Assembly (NCBI RefSeq): GCF_006345805.1
Contig: NC_043001.1
Span: 47,678,001 to 47,742,000 of the forward strand
DNA: 64,000 nucleotides
From: Octopus sinensis
Taxonomy: Eukaryota
Reading direction: 5' to 3'
The position numbers were made by a program, and so were the translations under genes. Below the pieces are notes generated by a model. That model made no database searches and was not told the DNA's origin. It worked only from the letters and a program-made list of their open reading frames with translations. This document shows positions 24,270 to 36,089 of the stretch, one piece after another (position 1 is the first letter of the stretch; the number at the start of each line of letters is the position of its first letter).

Positions 24270-27170
24270 TTATATTACTATTATTACAACAGTTTGTATA
24301 TTCCACTTCTCAGAGCTCGCGATTTCACTTGCTCCGGCTAATTTTGTAAAACAGGTTCTTCTTCTATGATACTTAACATTCAAGCACCAGTTTCAAAATC
24401 TGAGTTCTACTCTCATATCAATCTCAATTTCTCCAACAAATTTCTCAAACCTGGTTGTTAATTCTTCTAGTACCAATACAACAACTGGGATGGCAGTTAC
24501 TAACTTCATTGTCCACATTCGTGCAATCTCATCTTTAAGTGACTTATAATTCTCAAACTTTTCCAGTTCTTTACCATCCACTCGTACACCCCAATATATG
24601 GCAATATCTGTGATCTTGGTTTCCTTCATCATTTTAGCAACTACAACAATGTATTTTCTTCGTGCATCAATTACTGAATCACTGGATCGTAAAATCGCAC
24701 ATGATCTTATATTCGTTTTTCTCAGTGACACCTTGTTTGTTCCTTCTGAAGCCATGCCTGGCTCACAAGGGCCGGTTTCCCGGTTTCCTTGGCGTATAGG
24801 TTCCCCACTTGGACGGGACGCCGGTCCATCGCAGGTGAGCTGCAAGATGCAGGAGGGAAGAGAAAGAGTCAGCAGAAGTTCACCATTACCTTCTGCCAGA
24901 GCCGCGTGGAGCTTAGGTGTTTCGCTCATAAACACACACATCACCCGGCTTGAGATTCGAACCCGCGATCCCTCGACCGCGAGTCCGCTGCTCTAACCAC
25001 TAGGCCATGTGCCTCCACAGTGACATCTTCTGGTTTATTTCAATGTCCTTTGAAAACCATACTTTTCATACAATCTCTATTGAACATATCAAGCTACATT
25101 ATCATACCGTCTTTTGTATTCCTTTTGAGCCAATTTGCCACACTCACAATATGTGAGACTGTTTCATTTTTTGTCAGACATCTTACAAAGGGGCGATTCA
25201 AAACTCTTATCTATTTGTAACTTGGGGCAATTAGCTCACAAAGTTTGTTCCTGAGCCCTGCAAAATAATGTCTCAGTGCATCACTTTTCATTAGATAACT
25301 CCAGATGTTGGTCGTCTTTCCTTTCCATTTCTCTGATATATTGGCTATGCATCGCTTTCACTTTCCAGTTGTTCAATCTTTGCTCTCTATCGTGTTTCTT
25401 TCATTTAGGTGTGTCACATTTCCACTGGGTATCGTCTTGCTGTTTCGAACAGCAACAACCAAAGGTTCAATCTTACTGTTTGACGTACCACCTCAGGCTG
25501 TTTTCCTCAAGGACAACACAGATCTTGCATCTCACTCCCTTGTTTTTAGACACATGGAACCAATTGACATCGCTGTTAGGGTGCAGTTCCTTGTTCCCTA
25601 TTATCATTTCCCTGGTCTTTGTATCCATTTCCTCAAGCTCGTCCTTTGCCCATCTAACAATACATGCGCCATATCGCATTAGAGAAGCAGTCCATGTATT
25701 CATTGCTCTGATCTTGTTCTTTTCACTGAGTTTGCCCTTCATGACTAACTTGGTTCTCCTGAGGTATTCTTGCCTAAAGGTTTCCTTCATTTCACTCTCC
25801 TTGATTTTGTCGTACTCCAAAACACCCAGATATTTGTATCCATTCACATCAACACCCTTAATTCTCTCACCGTTGGGCAGTTCTACTCCATCAGATGACA
25901 TTACTTTCCCCTTTTTTAGGATAAGCACACCACACTTATTAACCCCAAACTTCATCCTGATGTCGTTACTGAATATCTGCACTGTTAAAACAAAACCATT
26001 TTTTTCGCGCTCACTCTTACAGAAGATCTATAAGTCATCCATATACAAAAGGTGATTCAACTTTTCTCTACTTTTCAAAGTGCCCCCTGATGTCACTTTC
26101 CATAATATCTGTCTAACTTTATAAAATCCAAGAATGGTGGATCATGTCATAAGCTTTCTTATAACCAATCCACGTCATACCCAGATTAGTTAGTTTTTTC
26201 TTCAGCACTATTTTTACTATCAGAAGTTAGACTTTTGTCCCTCGGGTTTTCCTCTTGTATCCCTTGTTCCATTTCAAGGAAGTCATATACACAATTAGAT
26301 ATTATTTCTGTCACCAACTTCCAGCTTCTGCATCAGGGTTGGGTAAGATATTGGCTGTAATTATCCGCCGTATTGCTTTTACCAGAGCGTTTTAGCAAAG
26401 AACCGTTTACCCGGAGGTCATCCATTTCGAAATTTCTATCCAGTTGTCGATCATTTACACAGCTATTCTTTCGTGTTATTTTGGGAATTTTTTCCCCCTA
26501 TACCCCTGCACCACATCCAGAGCTTGACATTTCCAGTTTGGAATCTTTGTTGTCTGCTCGGTCACCATTTCACTTGTTATCCTTATATCATTCTGTTTTA
26601 TTTCATTTTCCCCAGATGTTAAATTCTTCAACCATTCAGCATCTTTCTTATGATCCTTTCCGTTATCCTTGATGTCACTATAAAAGTTCCTTCTTTCTTC
26701 AGCATCAGGTTTCCCATTGTCGTTAATTTTTTCCATTCAGATACTGATAAGCCTTTTTCTGATTCTGTTGGAACGATCTATTGATTTTATATTGTTCATT
26801 TTTTGGTCATATTTCTTCTTATTTTTACTTTAGCCTACAGTATTTGTTTCAGCTCTTCAAAGAGCCTTTTCTTCATCCTATATATTTTTCTTTATCCTAT
26901 ACCTTCATCCTTTTTCATCTTATACCTACGTTCTAGTACCTGATATTTCTCCTTCCTGATTTCACCATATTTCTTTCCTTCCAGGATGTTAATATGCTTT
27001 CGTAGTTCGTTCATTGGTTGATTTATCCTTCATTTTCACTCACACTCTTTCGGTACATGTCCTCTCTTAAAGTTTGGTACAAGACCTACCTTCCTTTCCA
27101 AATAGATGATCTAAGCTTTTATCAATATGTTCATTCCGGTCATGTTACCTGTCTTAATTTCTTTCAGTAC
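24270..27170 (-). mobile_element. Decayed R4/Dong-like non-LTR retrotransposon (RT plus restriction-like endonuclease)
   Basis: LNHLLYMDDL near 26030-26062; FSNDIRMKFGVNKC, YKYLGVLE, NKIRAMNTW; C-terminal DIAI...KELEKFENYKSL..EIARMW...IPVV. Confidence 0.9.
24735..25018 (-). mobile_element. SINE family D inserted in the R4-like LINE
   Basis: gtggaggcacatggcctagtggttagagcagcggactcgcggtcg in reverse complement. Confidence 0.9.
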
Positions 27171-27171
27171 C

Positions 27172-27317
27172 TTCTTCTTCTTCTTCTTCTTCTTCTTCTT
27201 CTTCTTCTTCTTCTTCTTCTTCTTCTTCTTCTTCTTCTTCTTCTTCTTCTTCTTCTTCTTCTTCTTCTTCTTCTTCTTCTTCTTCTTCTTCTTCTTCTTC
27301 TTCTTCTTCTTCTTCTT
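27172..27317. repeat. (TTC)n microsatellite
   Basis: Perfect run. Confidence 0.95.
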
Positions 27318-27716
27318 GAGTGAGAGAACAATGCATGTTATCAAAGTGACACTGGGGTACAAATATACGAAGCCCAATATATCCATTATGATCACCCATC
27401 TGACAAGGTTTCACCAGGCACATGCATCACAACCGTATGTACGCAACATGGTAATCTCATATCAAGATAAACTATACATGGCCTTGAAGGTGGGGCCCAG
27501 TTAGAATTTTATTGAGGTCGAGTTGCCCATCCTAATCAAAAGGTCCCTGAATAAGGTTTGTTTAAGGATGTTGAAGGAAACACCCATATTTCCAGAGGTG
27601 AATTATTCAAACCCCAAAGGGTTCCTCTTAACACCATACTTTCTCAGTCCGAACTCCATTCTGTTATCAGCACTGAAGGTATACACCGTATCTATGAGGG
27701 AACTGACTTGGGCTTC
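27318..27716 (-). mobile_element. Internally deleted R4-like derivative: RT fragment joined to a non-coding 3' segment, (AAG)n tail
   Basis: Minus strand 27640-27716 translates DTVYTFSADNRMEFGLRK; 27318-27630 matches 50865-51089. Confidence 0.7.
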
Positions 27717-27739
27717 ATTATTTTTATTATTTTTCCTTG

Positions 27740-27840
27740 TTTGTCCCTTCTGTGTTTAGCCCCTTGTGGGTAGTAAAGAAATAGGTATTTCGTCTGTCTT
27801 TATGTTCTGAGTTCAAATTCCGCCGAGGTCGACTTTGCTG
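27740..27840 (+). mobile_element. SINE family A junction fragment
   Basis: gccccttgtgggtagtaaagaaata|ggtatttcgtctg. Confidence 0.8.
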
Positions 27841-28071
27841 TTGTTATGTAATGCATGTTTTAGATTTTATGCCAATTGACCCTTAATATGCCATTAGGGA
27901 ATCACTGGAGGTTGTGTAAAAAGTATAGGAACCTAGTGGAGATCAAATCTTCGATCTGTTGTCAACTATGGAGCGAGAAATCCACAGGTACAGAGAGGAG
28001 TATAGTGAAATTACTCAATTGGAAATCAAACCTGACTAGCAAAATCGACCTTTCCTGTGTTTATTACTGGT

Positions 28072-28395
28072 ACTCCGTCGGTTACGATGACGTGGGTTCC
28101 AGCTGATCCGATCAACGGAACAGCCTGCTTATGAAATTAACGTGCATGTGGTCGAGCCAGCTCCACAGACACGCGTACCCGTAACATAGTTCTCAGAGGG
28201 ATATTCAGCGTGGCACAAAATGTAACAAAACTGGCCATTTGAGACACTGGTACAACTCATTTTTTTGCGAGCTGAGCGGACTGGAGCAACGTGAAATGAA
28301 GTGTCTTGCTGAAGGAACAGCGCGCCTCCGGGGTTTGATTTCAGAACCTTATGACTGAGAACCGAATACCCTAACCACTAAGCCAGGAGCCTTCA
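28072..28395 (-). mobile_element. SINE family C (tail type 2)
   Basis: Collinear with 17025-17346. Confidence 0.8.
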
Positions 28396-28734
28396 CCGGA
28401 GTTTATTACCACTCGGTGAAACTCACAGAACCAGAGACGAAGCCAAACGGTAGTGGGGCGAGAAGGAAGAGAGGAGTAGTTGCTTGGGGGGTGGGGTGTA
28501 TGAAGGAGCGTAACATTTTTTAAAAATCTGTCATACCTGTTAAGATGGGGTGGGGCACCAAAAATGTTTTCGTCACCTGTTAGTTGAGAACCCTTGCTAC
28601 ACCACAACACAGAACCGTTATGTATATTGATTTTTATTGAAGTTTGTATTTTCTCAATAGAATGAGGGGGAATACAACAGTGATTAGAGACAATTACCGC
28701 GCGGAAAACAAATCAGACATAAAAAAAGAAAAAG

Positions 28735-28777
<43 letters not shown>

Positions 28778-29658
28778 GACTGTTAATTTTATGTAAACAT
28801 TATTTGGTGTCAAAATTTTCGGCGTACTAACTGCGACCTGGCTACTCGTGCAGTTGGTGATGATTTAGTTTCTTTTATTGCTAATATGTAGTTCAAACGA
28901 GTACAGCAATACTAAGGATTAGGAGTTATATTCAACAGTTACATCAATTTTTCAACTGGTATAGAAACTAAGAACAGGGTTAAAAAAGTATTTGTTAGAT
29001 AGTTTACTGGTATCTTCATATTTTAGGGTACTGGGGTGATCGTTTTGTTCGTCTGAATCATAGCCCATGCCCTGCCTAAACTAGCATCCAAAGAAAGGCC
29101 ATTTGACTGATTCACATCAAGTCTCTTTCAAAAGGCAAAGACTTCTCCCTTCGCCTGTTTTTTTTTTTTACCGCTTCTTATTTCAAATTGGTCTCGTAAT
29201 ATTGATATTTTTTTTCTGGATAATTTTCGAATTGAAAAGCCAGCATTTTTTATTTACTGCCAAGGAGCTACGCTTGTGCATTAGATTTGAAAAATTAGAA
29301 TGTATAAGCACGGGGTATATACTGGATTGCCTCGTGTATGTATATATTTAATCTAAGGTGTACTTGCTGAAGAAGACTTCGCCTAGCAAATTATTTTATT
29401 TGCTAAAAAAAAGTCTGAAACCATTGGTCCAGGAGTTAGATGGTAAATGTTTTTATTTTTCATTCCCTTCGAAATTTTATCCCTAATAGTGGTTTGGAAT
29501 TTAACTGTTCTCTCTAGCATGCAAGGAGTCCTATGATGGATGCGTCTTATGTGTTTAAATGTACACTGTATTTATATGAATAATATATAGTCTATTGACT
29601 AAATTTTTCCACGCTAGGCCACTGGTAATGGAAATTTCTAATATTTCTGATTACCCTT

Positions 29659-29728
<70 letters not shown>

Positions 29729-29733
<5 letters not shown>

Positions 29734-30211
29734 ATCTTTCGACTATCGCGGATGTTACGTTCCAAAACCCTCCTCAATTGGTGTAAATCCGCGAAGTTGA
29801 AACACTACTGTACTATATATATTTTTTATTTTTATACTTTGTATATGTTTATTTTATCATAAATGCAAAACAACACCACACAGTCGCCTCCTGAGTTTCA
29901 TTTTCCATAAAGTATGTGCGATTCTTTTTTTATTCAATATAGGGTACACTACGTATTTTCTTTTAATATATTTTAATTAATGTGTTATACAGAGCAGTAC
30001 TGTACCGTATTTTTATTTATCAATTTATTCATTTTTAGGCGTGAAAATGCTTATTTTCAACAGATTTAAAAAAAAAATATAAATACCTATCGGCCGCAGA
30101 AACGTGCGATATACCGAGGAGTCTGCGATATAAATTTACATATATTAGCCAGAAAATCCGCGATGTACTGAGGGCGCGATAGGTGAACCGCGACATGGCG
30201 AGTGATTACTG
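29729..30211. mobile_element. pogo/Tigger-type MITE
   Basis: ta-(c/t)agtaatctttcgactatcgcgg ... ccgcgacatggcgagtgattactg-ta. Confidence 0.75.
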
Positions 30212-30350
30212 TATATATAGAAAATAGTAAAGAGTGAAAAAACGACAGAAGGCTTAAATGTTAAAAAATATATATATTTGCGTCAATATGTCTGAAGAAT
30301 ATTAGAAAATTAAAAAAAAAAATTTTTTCCCTTATAATGACATAATTTAA

Positions 30351-30790
30351 AAGAAAGACCGGTTTCGCGTGTAGCTTTTCAAATTTCTTGCGACGTTATG
30401 TTTATGTTGAATAGAGTTATCGTTATGTTTATGTTCAGGAGAGTTCTAAATAAGGGGAGGTAGTGAGTGATTTCTTCCGGTGTAAGGGAGATAATCGCTT
30501 AAAAATTTTTTCCTTTCCCTTGGTGTGAATTTCTCTGTATCAGTATGTTCGGATAGTTGAGTCTGGGCTTGTACTTTTCAATGAAGAATGTTTCCTTGTT
30601 TAGTCTAGTTTGTGTTGATGATCCGAAAGCACATTGGTAAAATGGAAAGATTAAAAATTGTGGTAGTAGTTGCTTTGCGCATTTCTCAATGTGCTCACTA
30701 AAAGGTATCATTCTATATTCTGGGAATGCAATCTGTTGTCGATGCAGTGTGCATCTACGTCTGAGTGATAGTCCCGTGGAACCCACGTAG
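30351..30790 (-). mobile_element. Penelope-like element 3' fragment: GIY-YIG endonuclease C-terminus plus degenerate minimal hammerhead
   Basis: YVGSTGLSLRRRCTLHRQQI...EHIEKC...IFPFY...RLNKETFFIEKYKPRLN; downstream aagaaa-t-ttgaaaa-gc tacac gc-gaaa-ccgg-tc-tttctt. Confidence 0.85.
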
Positions 30791-30900
30791 TCTTGGAGTA
30801 AAAGACGAAGTCGACCACGGGGGAATTTGAACCCAGAAGGCAAAGGGACGAAATGCCGCTAAGGTGATTGTCCGGCGTGCTAACGATTCTGCCAGATCAT
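30790..30900 (-). mobile_element. SINE family A head interrupting the GIY-YIG ORF
   Basis: gtcgaccacgggggaatttgaacccagaa...ctaacgattctgccag. Confidence 0.8.
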
Positions 30901-31109
30901 TGCATATATATACACACCATAGCATGTATGAGAACTGAATAGGCAACCTCAAACCAGTTGGCACCCACTGGTTATCTCTTGACAATATTGGCTACTCCAA
31001 AATATTTCATTTCTTTATTCTTGATGGACTTAACTCTCCTTCCTCCTCCGTTCTCAATTACTATTAGTCTTCTCTTTATCTTTATTTTTATCTTTATTTC
31101 ATTTACTGA

Positions 31110-31208
31110 TTCTTCTTCTTCTTCTTCTTCTTCTTCTTCTTCTTCTTCTTCTTCTTCTTCTTCTTCTTCTTCTTCTTCTTCTTCTTCTTCTTCTTCTTCT
31201 TCTTCTTC
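31110..31208. repeat. (TTC)n microsatellite
   Basis: Perfect run. Confidence 0.95.
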
Positions 31209-31756
31209 TACACATGCATTTGCATTTTTTAAAATATATTTTCCTTTTTGCGTGTATTTTTTCGTCTGTATACTTGTGAGAAACTTCTTTTGCTATGTAA
31301 ACAACCAGTAAAACATACATTTTTCAGTTTGAAAACGGTTATTTGAAACTTGAAACTCATACCAGAGTCACTTTCTGTAATAATTTTTTCAAATATATAA
31401 TACTGTACCAAGAAATTTCTTTTTACTATATATATATATATATATATAAGTAGGTGAATGAATTATCCTATGTTTATCGTCAGCATGGAAAATTCGTTTA
31501 ACCGAAACCTGGGTAGCAAATTCACGTCAGAAAACACGGTTGAAGCGACCTGTCAAGGATAGAAACTCCGGGTTCATGTGTAGAAATTTGTGTGTTGTAT
31601 ATGAATAAATGAAAGAATGATACCTATTTTTACTTCCTCCTACTATCCATTTTGTCGTCAATGCTTATAACGGATTTAAAAAAAAAAACACTCATTATCG
31701 CTTTGGTTACCATGTAGGCAATCATCGAAATTTTTGTTTGTCTTGTTGAGAGAGGC

Positions 31757-31851
31757 TCCTTTTCTTTCCTGATGAGAAGATTGCATAATGCACCTTTATT
31801 CCTTCGGAATGAAAATATGCTGTCTTCGAAACATGTGTCGAGAGTAAAGGA
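31757..31851 (+). ncRNA. Complete type I hammerhead ribozyme candidate, predicted cleavage GUC after 31839
   Basis: Stem I tccttttctttc/gagagtaaagga, CUGAUGA, stem II gaagat/gtcttc, GAAA, stem III ac-atgt-gt, C17. Confidence 0.75.
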
Positions 31852-32090
31852 ATTTTGTTAACATCTTCGTTCGACTCCATTCTTTCATTTATTCATATAT
31901 ATATATATATATATACAAGAAAAAATGGATTTAATGTTCTAATCCATTCGTGTTGCTTTTTTCTTGTTTATAATCACCCCACATTATTTTGTGGTTAATA
32001 CCATATAGATTTCTGGTGCATCTAAGTTAAGTACCGCATTCGTGTGAATTCATTGGAACTCACTTGAATCTTAATTGTTTTTACTGAAAG

Positions 32091-32123
<33 letters not shown>

Positions 32124-32577
32124 TACAAATAAGAAAATGGAGAAACAATTTAGTTGGTTCATCAGCTTTCGGATATTAGAATGTTGACTTATTTATTTAT
32201 TTAGCAAAAACGAGAACCTTGATAACATACATATATATACGTTATAATTCAATACATATAAGATAAGAATACAATTATAAATATCTTAATTATTGAAATC
32301 ATTAAGGTTCTCGTTTTTGTTAAATAAATAAATAAGTCAACATTCTAATATCCGAAAGCTGATGAACCAACTAAATTGTTTGTCCATTTTCTTATTTGTA
32401 ATATAAATTAATGGTAAAATATTTCTTTACCTTCACCCATTTAATACAATAAGTAAGTTAATTGCAGTGCAATTAAAAACACTTGTGTATTAATAATTTG
32501 GGTATTATACCAACAGTATATTGGATAAATATTATCCCTTAGTGGGTTCGATCCATAACCCCTAACTTACTTCGTGT

Positions 32578-32578
<1 letters not shown>
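32124..32578 (+). mobile_element. Fold-back element: 100-bp arms (32124-32223 / 32301-32400, 3 mismatches) plus ~180-bp one-sided tail ending at (TA)n
   Basis: Direct reverse-complement match; tail homologous to 57727-57910 (minus). Confidence 0.8.
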
Positions 32579-32617
<39 letters not shown>

Positions 32618-32623
32618 ATATAT

Positions 32624-32658
<35 letters not shown>

Positions 32659-32719
32659 TATAGATAGATAGATAGATAGATAGATGTGTGTGTGTGTGTG
32701 TGTTGTGTGTGTGTGTGTA

Positions 32720-32880
32720 TGTGTGTGTGCTTATATTTGCTTGTTGGTTTACGCGTCTTCGCAAGCTAGCGGTTTGGCAAAACTGAACCAACTTGAAGAT
32801 GTCAGTACTGGACTAAACCCCTTCAGAGCAGTGCACCGGCATGGTCGCAGTCCAATGCATGAAACAAGTAAAAGAATATA
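32720..32880 (+). mobile_element. SINE family B tail, diverged
   Basis: agcggtttggcaaaa...gcatggtcgcagtccaatg...gaaacaagtaaaaga. Confidence 0.65.
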
Positions 32881-33564
32881 AGAATGTAAGAATAAAAGAA
32901 TACAAGAATATAAGAATATAAGAATAAAAGAATAAAATGAAGATAAAGCTAGTAGTGACCTGGGTTGATGCCAGCTGAAATTTGTCTGAAGCGATGATAT
33001 GTATGATATTCTATGTGAGAATATTATAGAGTTGACTTTGATTAAAAGCAAATAGCATTTCAATTAGATGGTTTCAGAGACTGCATAATTGTACAACAGC
33101 GTGCCAAATGATTGCGTTGCGTCATGGATAATATAACAAGCATGTCTTAAATACTTCCAAGTGTACCACTGATATAGGAAGAGAGAAAAGATGGCGGCGG
33201 CGATGGTGGTGGCAGTGGTGGCTATAGTGGTGGTGGTGGTGGTGGTGGTGATGGTGGTAGTGGTGGCAGTGGTGGTGGTTGAGTTTGCTGTTTCTGAAAT
33301 GTGTTTATCCGGAGTCAGTGGGCAGGCTAGTTTGTAGCAGTTATCTTGGTGTAGTATGTAACTGAATGCATAGATAATGATGCGGACTTGTTTATTCTGT
33401 AAAAAGGAGTTTAATTTTAATGTTATTGTTTTAACCGCGACTGTTGCTGCTGTTATTGTTATTGCTGTTGCTGTTGTTATTGTTGTAGAAGGCTCATAAG
33501 ACCGGGAGTATTCAGCTGTGGTTTTCAGTCGCTTTGGGTAGTGGATACGAGATGAATTTTCTTC

Positions 33565-33901
33565 ATCCGGCGTCTGGCGACGGACTTGGTAAACGCCCAC
33601 AAAGTTGTCAACCACCTCACCAATAACAACACTGCACACTGAACACCTTTTTGATCTCCATGTGTCTAACACACGTGGACATGCCTACAAAGTCAGAAAA
33701 CAACACAGCTCCCATGACTTTCGGAAACATTTTTTCACGCTCAGAGTTGCTGAAGCATGGAATAAACTGCCTGCGTCAGTTGTTGACTGCCATGACACTG
33801 CATCCTTTAAGGCCCTCATGCTTCCGAAATCCGTCGAAACTACACCTGATTATATATACACTTTCGATGAGTTGTAGTGCACCTGAGCACTGTACACAAT
33901 G

Positions 33902-33937
<36 letters not shown>
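33565..33937 (+). mobile_element. CR1-clade LINE 3' end with (TTA)n tail
   Basis: TRGHAYKVRKQHS..DFRKHFFTLRVAEAWNKLPASVV...ASFK matches the CR1 ORF2 C-terminus. Confidence 0.85.
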
Positions 33938-33938
<1 letters not shown>

Positions 33939-34279
33939 CCAGACCTGTGCAATGAAGGTAACAGTTATAAGCCGGAGTCAAGCTGTAGGCCCCTTTTCAT
34001 TTGCTTATGGGCTCGGGCCGAATGTTTAATGGCTCCTTTTAAAACAATTTTCTTTCTATTTTTAGTTAAGAAAGAAGGCTTTGGGCATGGCCCCTTTTAC
34101 AGGGCCTCCAGGGTAGTGGAGATAGTGAGGAAGGTGTTCTCAAATTGGGGACTTAGCCCAGTCTTGTTGAAGTTATCTTTCTTTGTATGACATGGAATAT
34201 AAATACATAATAACAATTATAAAAAGAGTAATTAAATAGCCTGACAGCAATGATACTGAATGTGATTTATTATTGCTAG

Positions 34280-34622
34280 TGAAGGCGCATGGCTCAGTGG
34301 TTAGAGCGTCGAGCTTACGATCGTGAGGTTGTGAGCTCGAATCCCGGACCGGGCTGCGTGTTGTGTTCTTGAGCAAGGCACTTTATTTCACGTTGCTCCA
34401 GTCCACTCAGCTGTAGAAATGAGTTGCGACGTCACTGGTGCCAAGCTGTATCGACCTTTGTCTTTCCCTTGGATAACACTAGTGGCGTAGAGAGGGGAGG
34501 CTGGTATGCATGGGCGACTGCTGGTCTTCCATAAACAACCTTGCCCGGACTTGTGTCTAGGAGGGTAACTTTCTAGGTGCAATCCCATGGTCATTCATGA
34601 CCGAAGGGGGTCTTTACCCCTT
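34280..34622 (+). mobile_element. SINE family C, full length
   Basis: A-box tggctcagtgg, B-box gctcgaatcc, CORE-like domain, tail ...gaccgaagggggtctttaccc. Confidence 0.9.
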
Positions 34623-34637
34623 TTATTGCTAGTGGTT

Positions 34638-34812
34638 TAAGGCAGCGAGATGGCAGAATCGTAAGCACGCTGAACGAAATGTATAGCGGTATTTCGCCCG
34701 TCGCTACGTTCTGAGTTCAAATTCCGCCGAGGTCAACTTTGCCTTTTCTTCTTTTGGGGGGTCGATAAATTAAGTACCAGTTGCGTACTGGGGTTGAGCT
34801 AATCGACTGAGC
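34638..34812 (+). mobile_element. SINE family A
   Basis: aaggcagcgagatggcagaatcg...gtcgataaattaagtaccag. Confidence 0.9.
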
Positions 34813-35312
34813 TAAACGGACGGTCTGCAGCTCGCTAGCAACGGACGGTCTGCAGTTCGCCGGCAACAAGACAGAAGCGGCGAAGCTTCGGCTCAGAGGC
34901 GGAATGCAGTGATCGATGTCGATGCACACGGCTGTCGACTGCGCATCCCGTCATAGACGTCAGCAAGTGTCCGAGGTGCGACGCTCACTGTGAATACAAA
35001 TGTTCCACGGCGGCCGACAGTATTCTTTGTAATATACGTGCTGTTTCTCCTACAGCGAGAGTTGTTATCTAATATTTTTTAACATTACATCAAGTAGTAA
35101 ATAATATTAACTATAAAATCAATATGAAGACATGATGTAACTATAATATTACTCTACTACTATACAACCACGCTGGTAAAGTGTAACTAATCTTAATACA
35201 ATGTATTACATACTTATTTTCGAATCAGAGATAGGTTCATATGACTACATTTGAATCCACAGTCCCAATGAATATAGCACAGTAGCTTCCTCACTGTCGT
35301 CTGAATTCTAAG

Positions 35313-35402
<90 letters not shown>

Positions 35403-35572
35403 TCATGTTTATATATATATATATATATAAATATACACACACACATATATATATACATACATATATACACATATATATATATATGTATATTTATATATAA
35501 TGTGACCGCGTGTGTACCGTTGGCGATTTTTTTTCCTCCGTCTTCCCTTCTCTGGATTGTTCCTTTTCCTAT

Positions 35573-35607
35573 GTTTCTGACGAAGAGCTCCGCTTGAAAC
35601 GTAAAAC
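35573..35607 (+). ncRNA. Minimal type I hammerhead candidate with intact CUGACGA core, within a ~190-bp element between (TA)n tracts
   Basis: gttt-ctgacga-a-gagc tcc gctt-gaaa-cg-ta-aaac. Confidence 0.6.
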
Positions 35608-35686
35608 CTTCCTTCTTCCTTTCCTTCCTACTATATTTGTTCCACGTCCTCGCGTGTGTTTTCTCTTGGTGTTTTCATGTTTGGAT

Positions 35687-35746
<60 letters not shown>

Positions 35747-36089
35747 GTTATGGCATATTCTGTTAAGAACGTAGAAGAGAACAGTATAAAGCTTGTCCAC
35801 CTTTAGATTTCACCCTCTGCTATCCAGTATGTAGTATTATACGTATTTCCAGGTTTACGTTTGGGCTTCTGTCATGTGTGAAGTGAATAGATAATTGAAT
35901 AGATAATTCCTCACCTGAGGAAACACAACTAGATCTCATAATGCAGGGAAACGGTTGCATAATCAAGTACCTGCACGCCTGGAGGAACACGTTTCGTAGA
36001 AATGATTGTAGTGATTGAAAATAAATGTCCAACCGTACTCCTCCTTGTTGACTCCAATTTTTAAAATTATATATATATATATACACATA

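Noticed and set aside
25276-26055. 259-aa plus-strand ORF, the longest in the track
   Set aside because: It is the antisense frame of the R4-like LINE RT region.
31495-31530. gaaac-ctgg-gta-gcaa stem III-like motif
   Set aside because: No CUGANGA core upstream.
34280-34350. tRNA-like heads here and at other SINEs as tRNA genes
   Set aside because: A and B boxes are present, but they continue into SINE bodies with no acceptor-stem closure.
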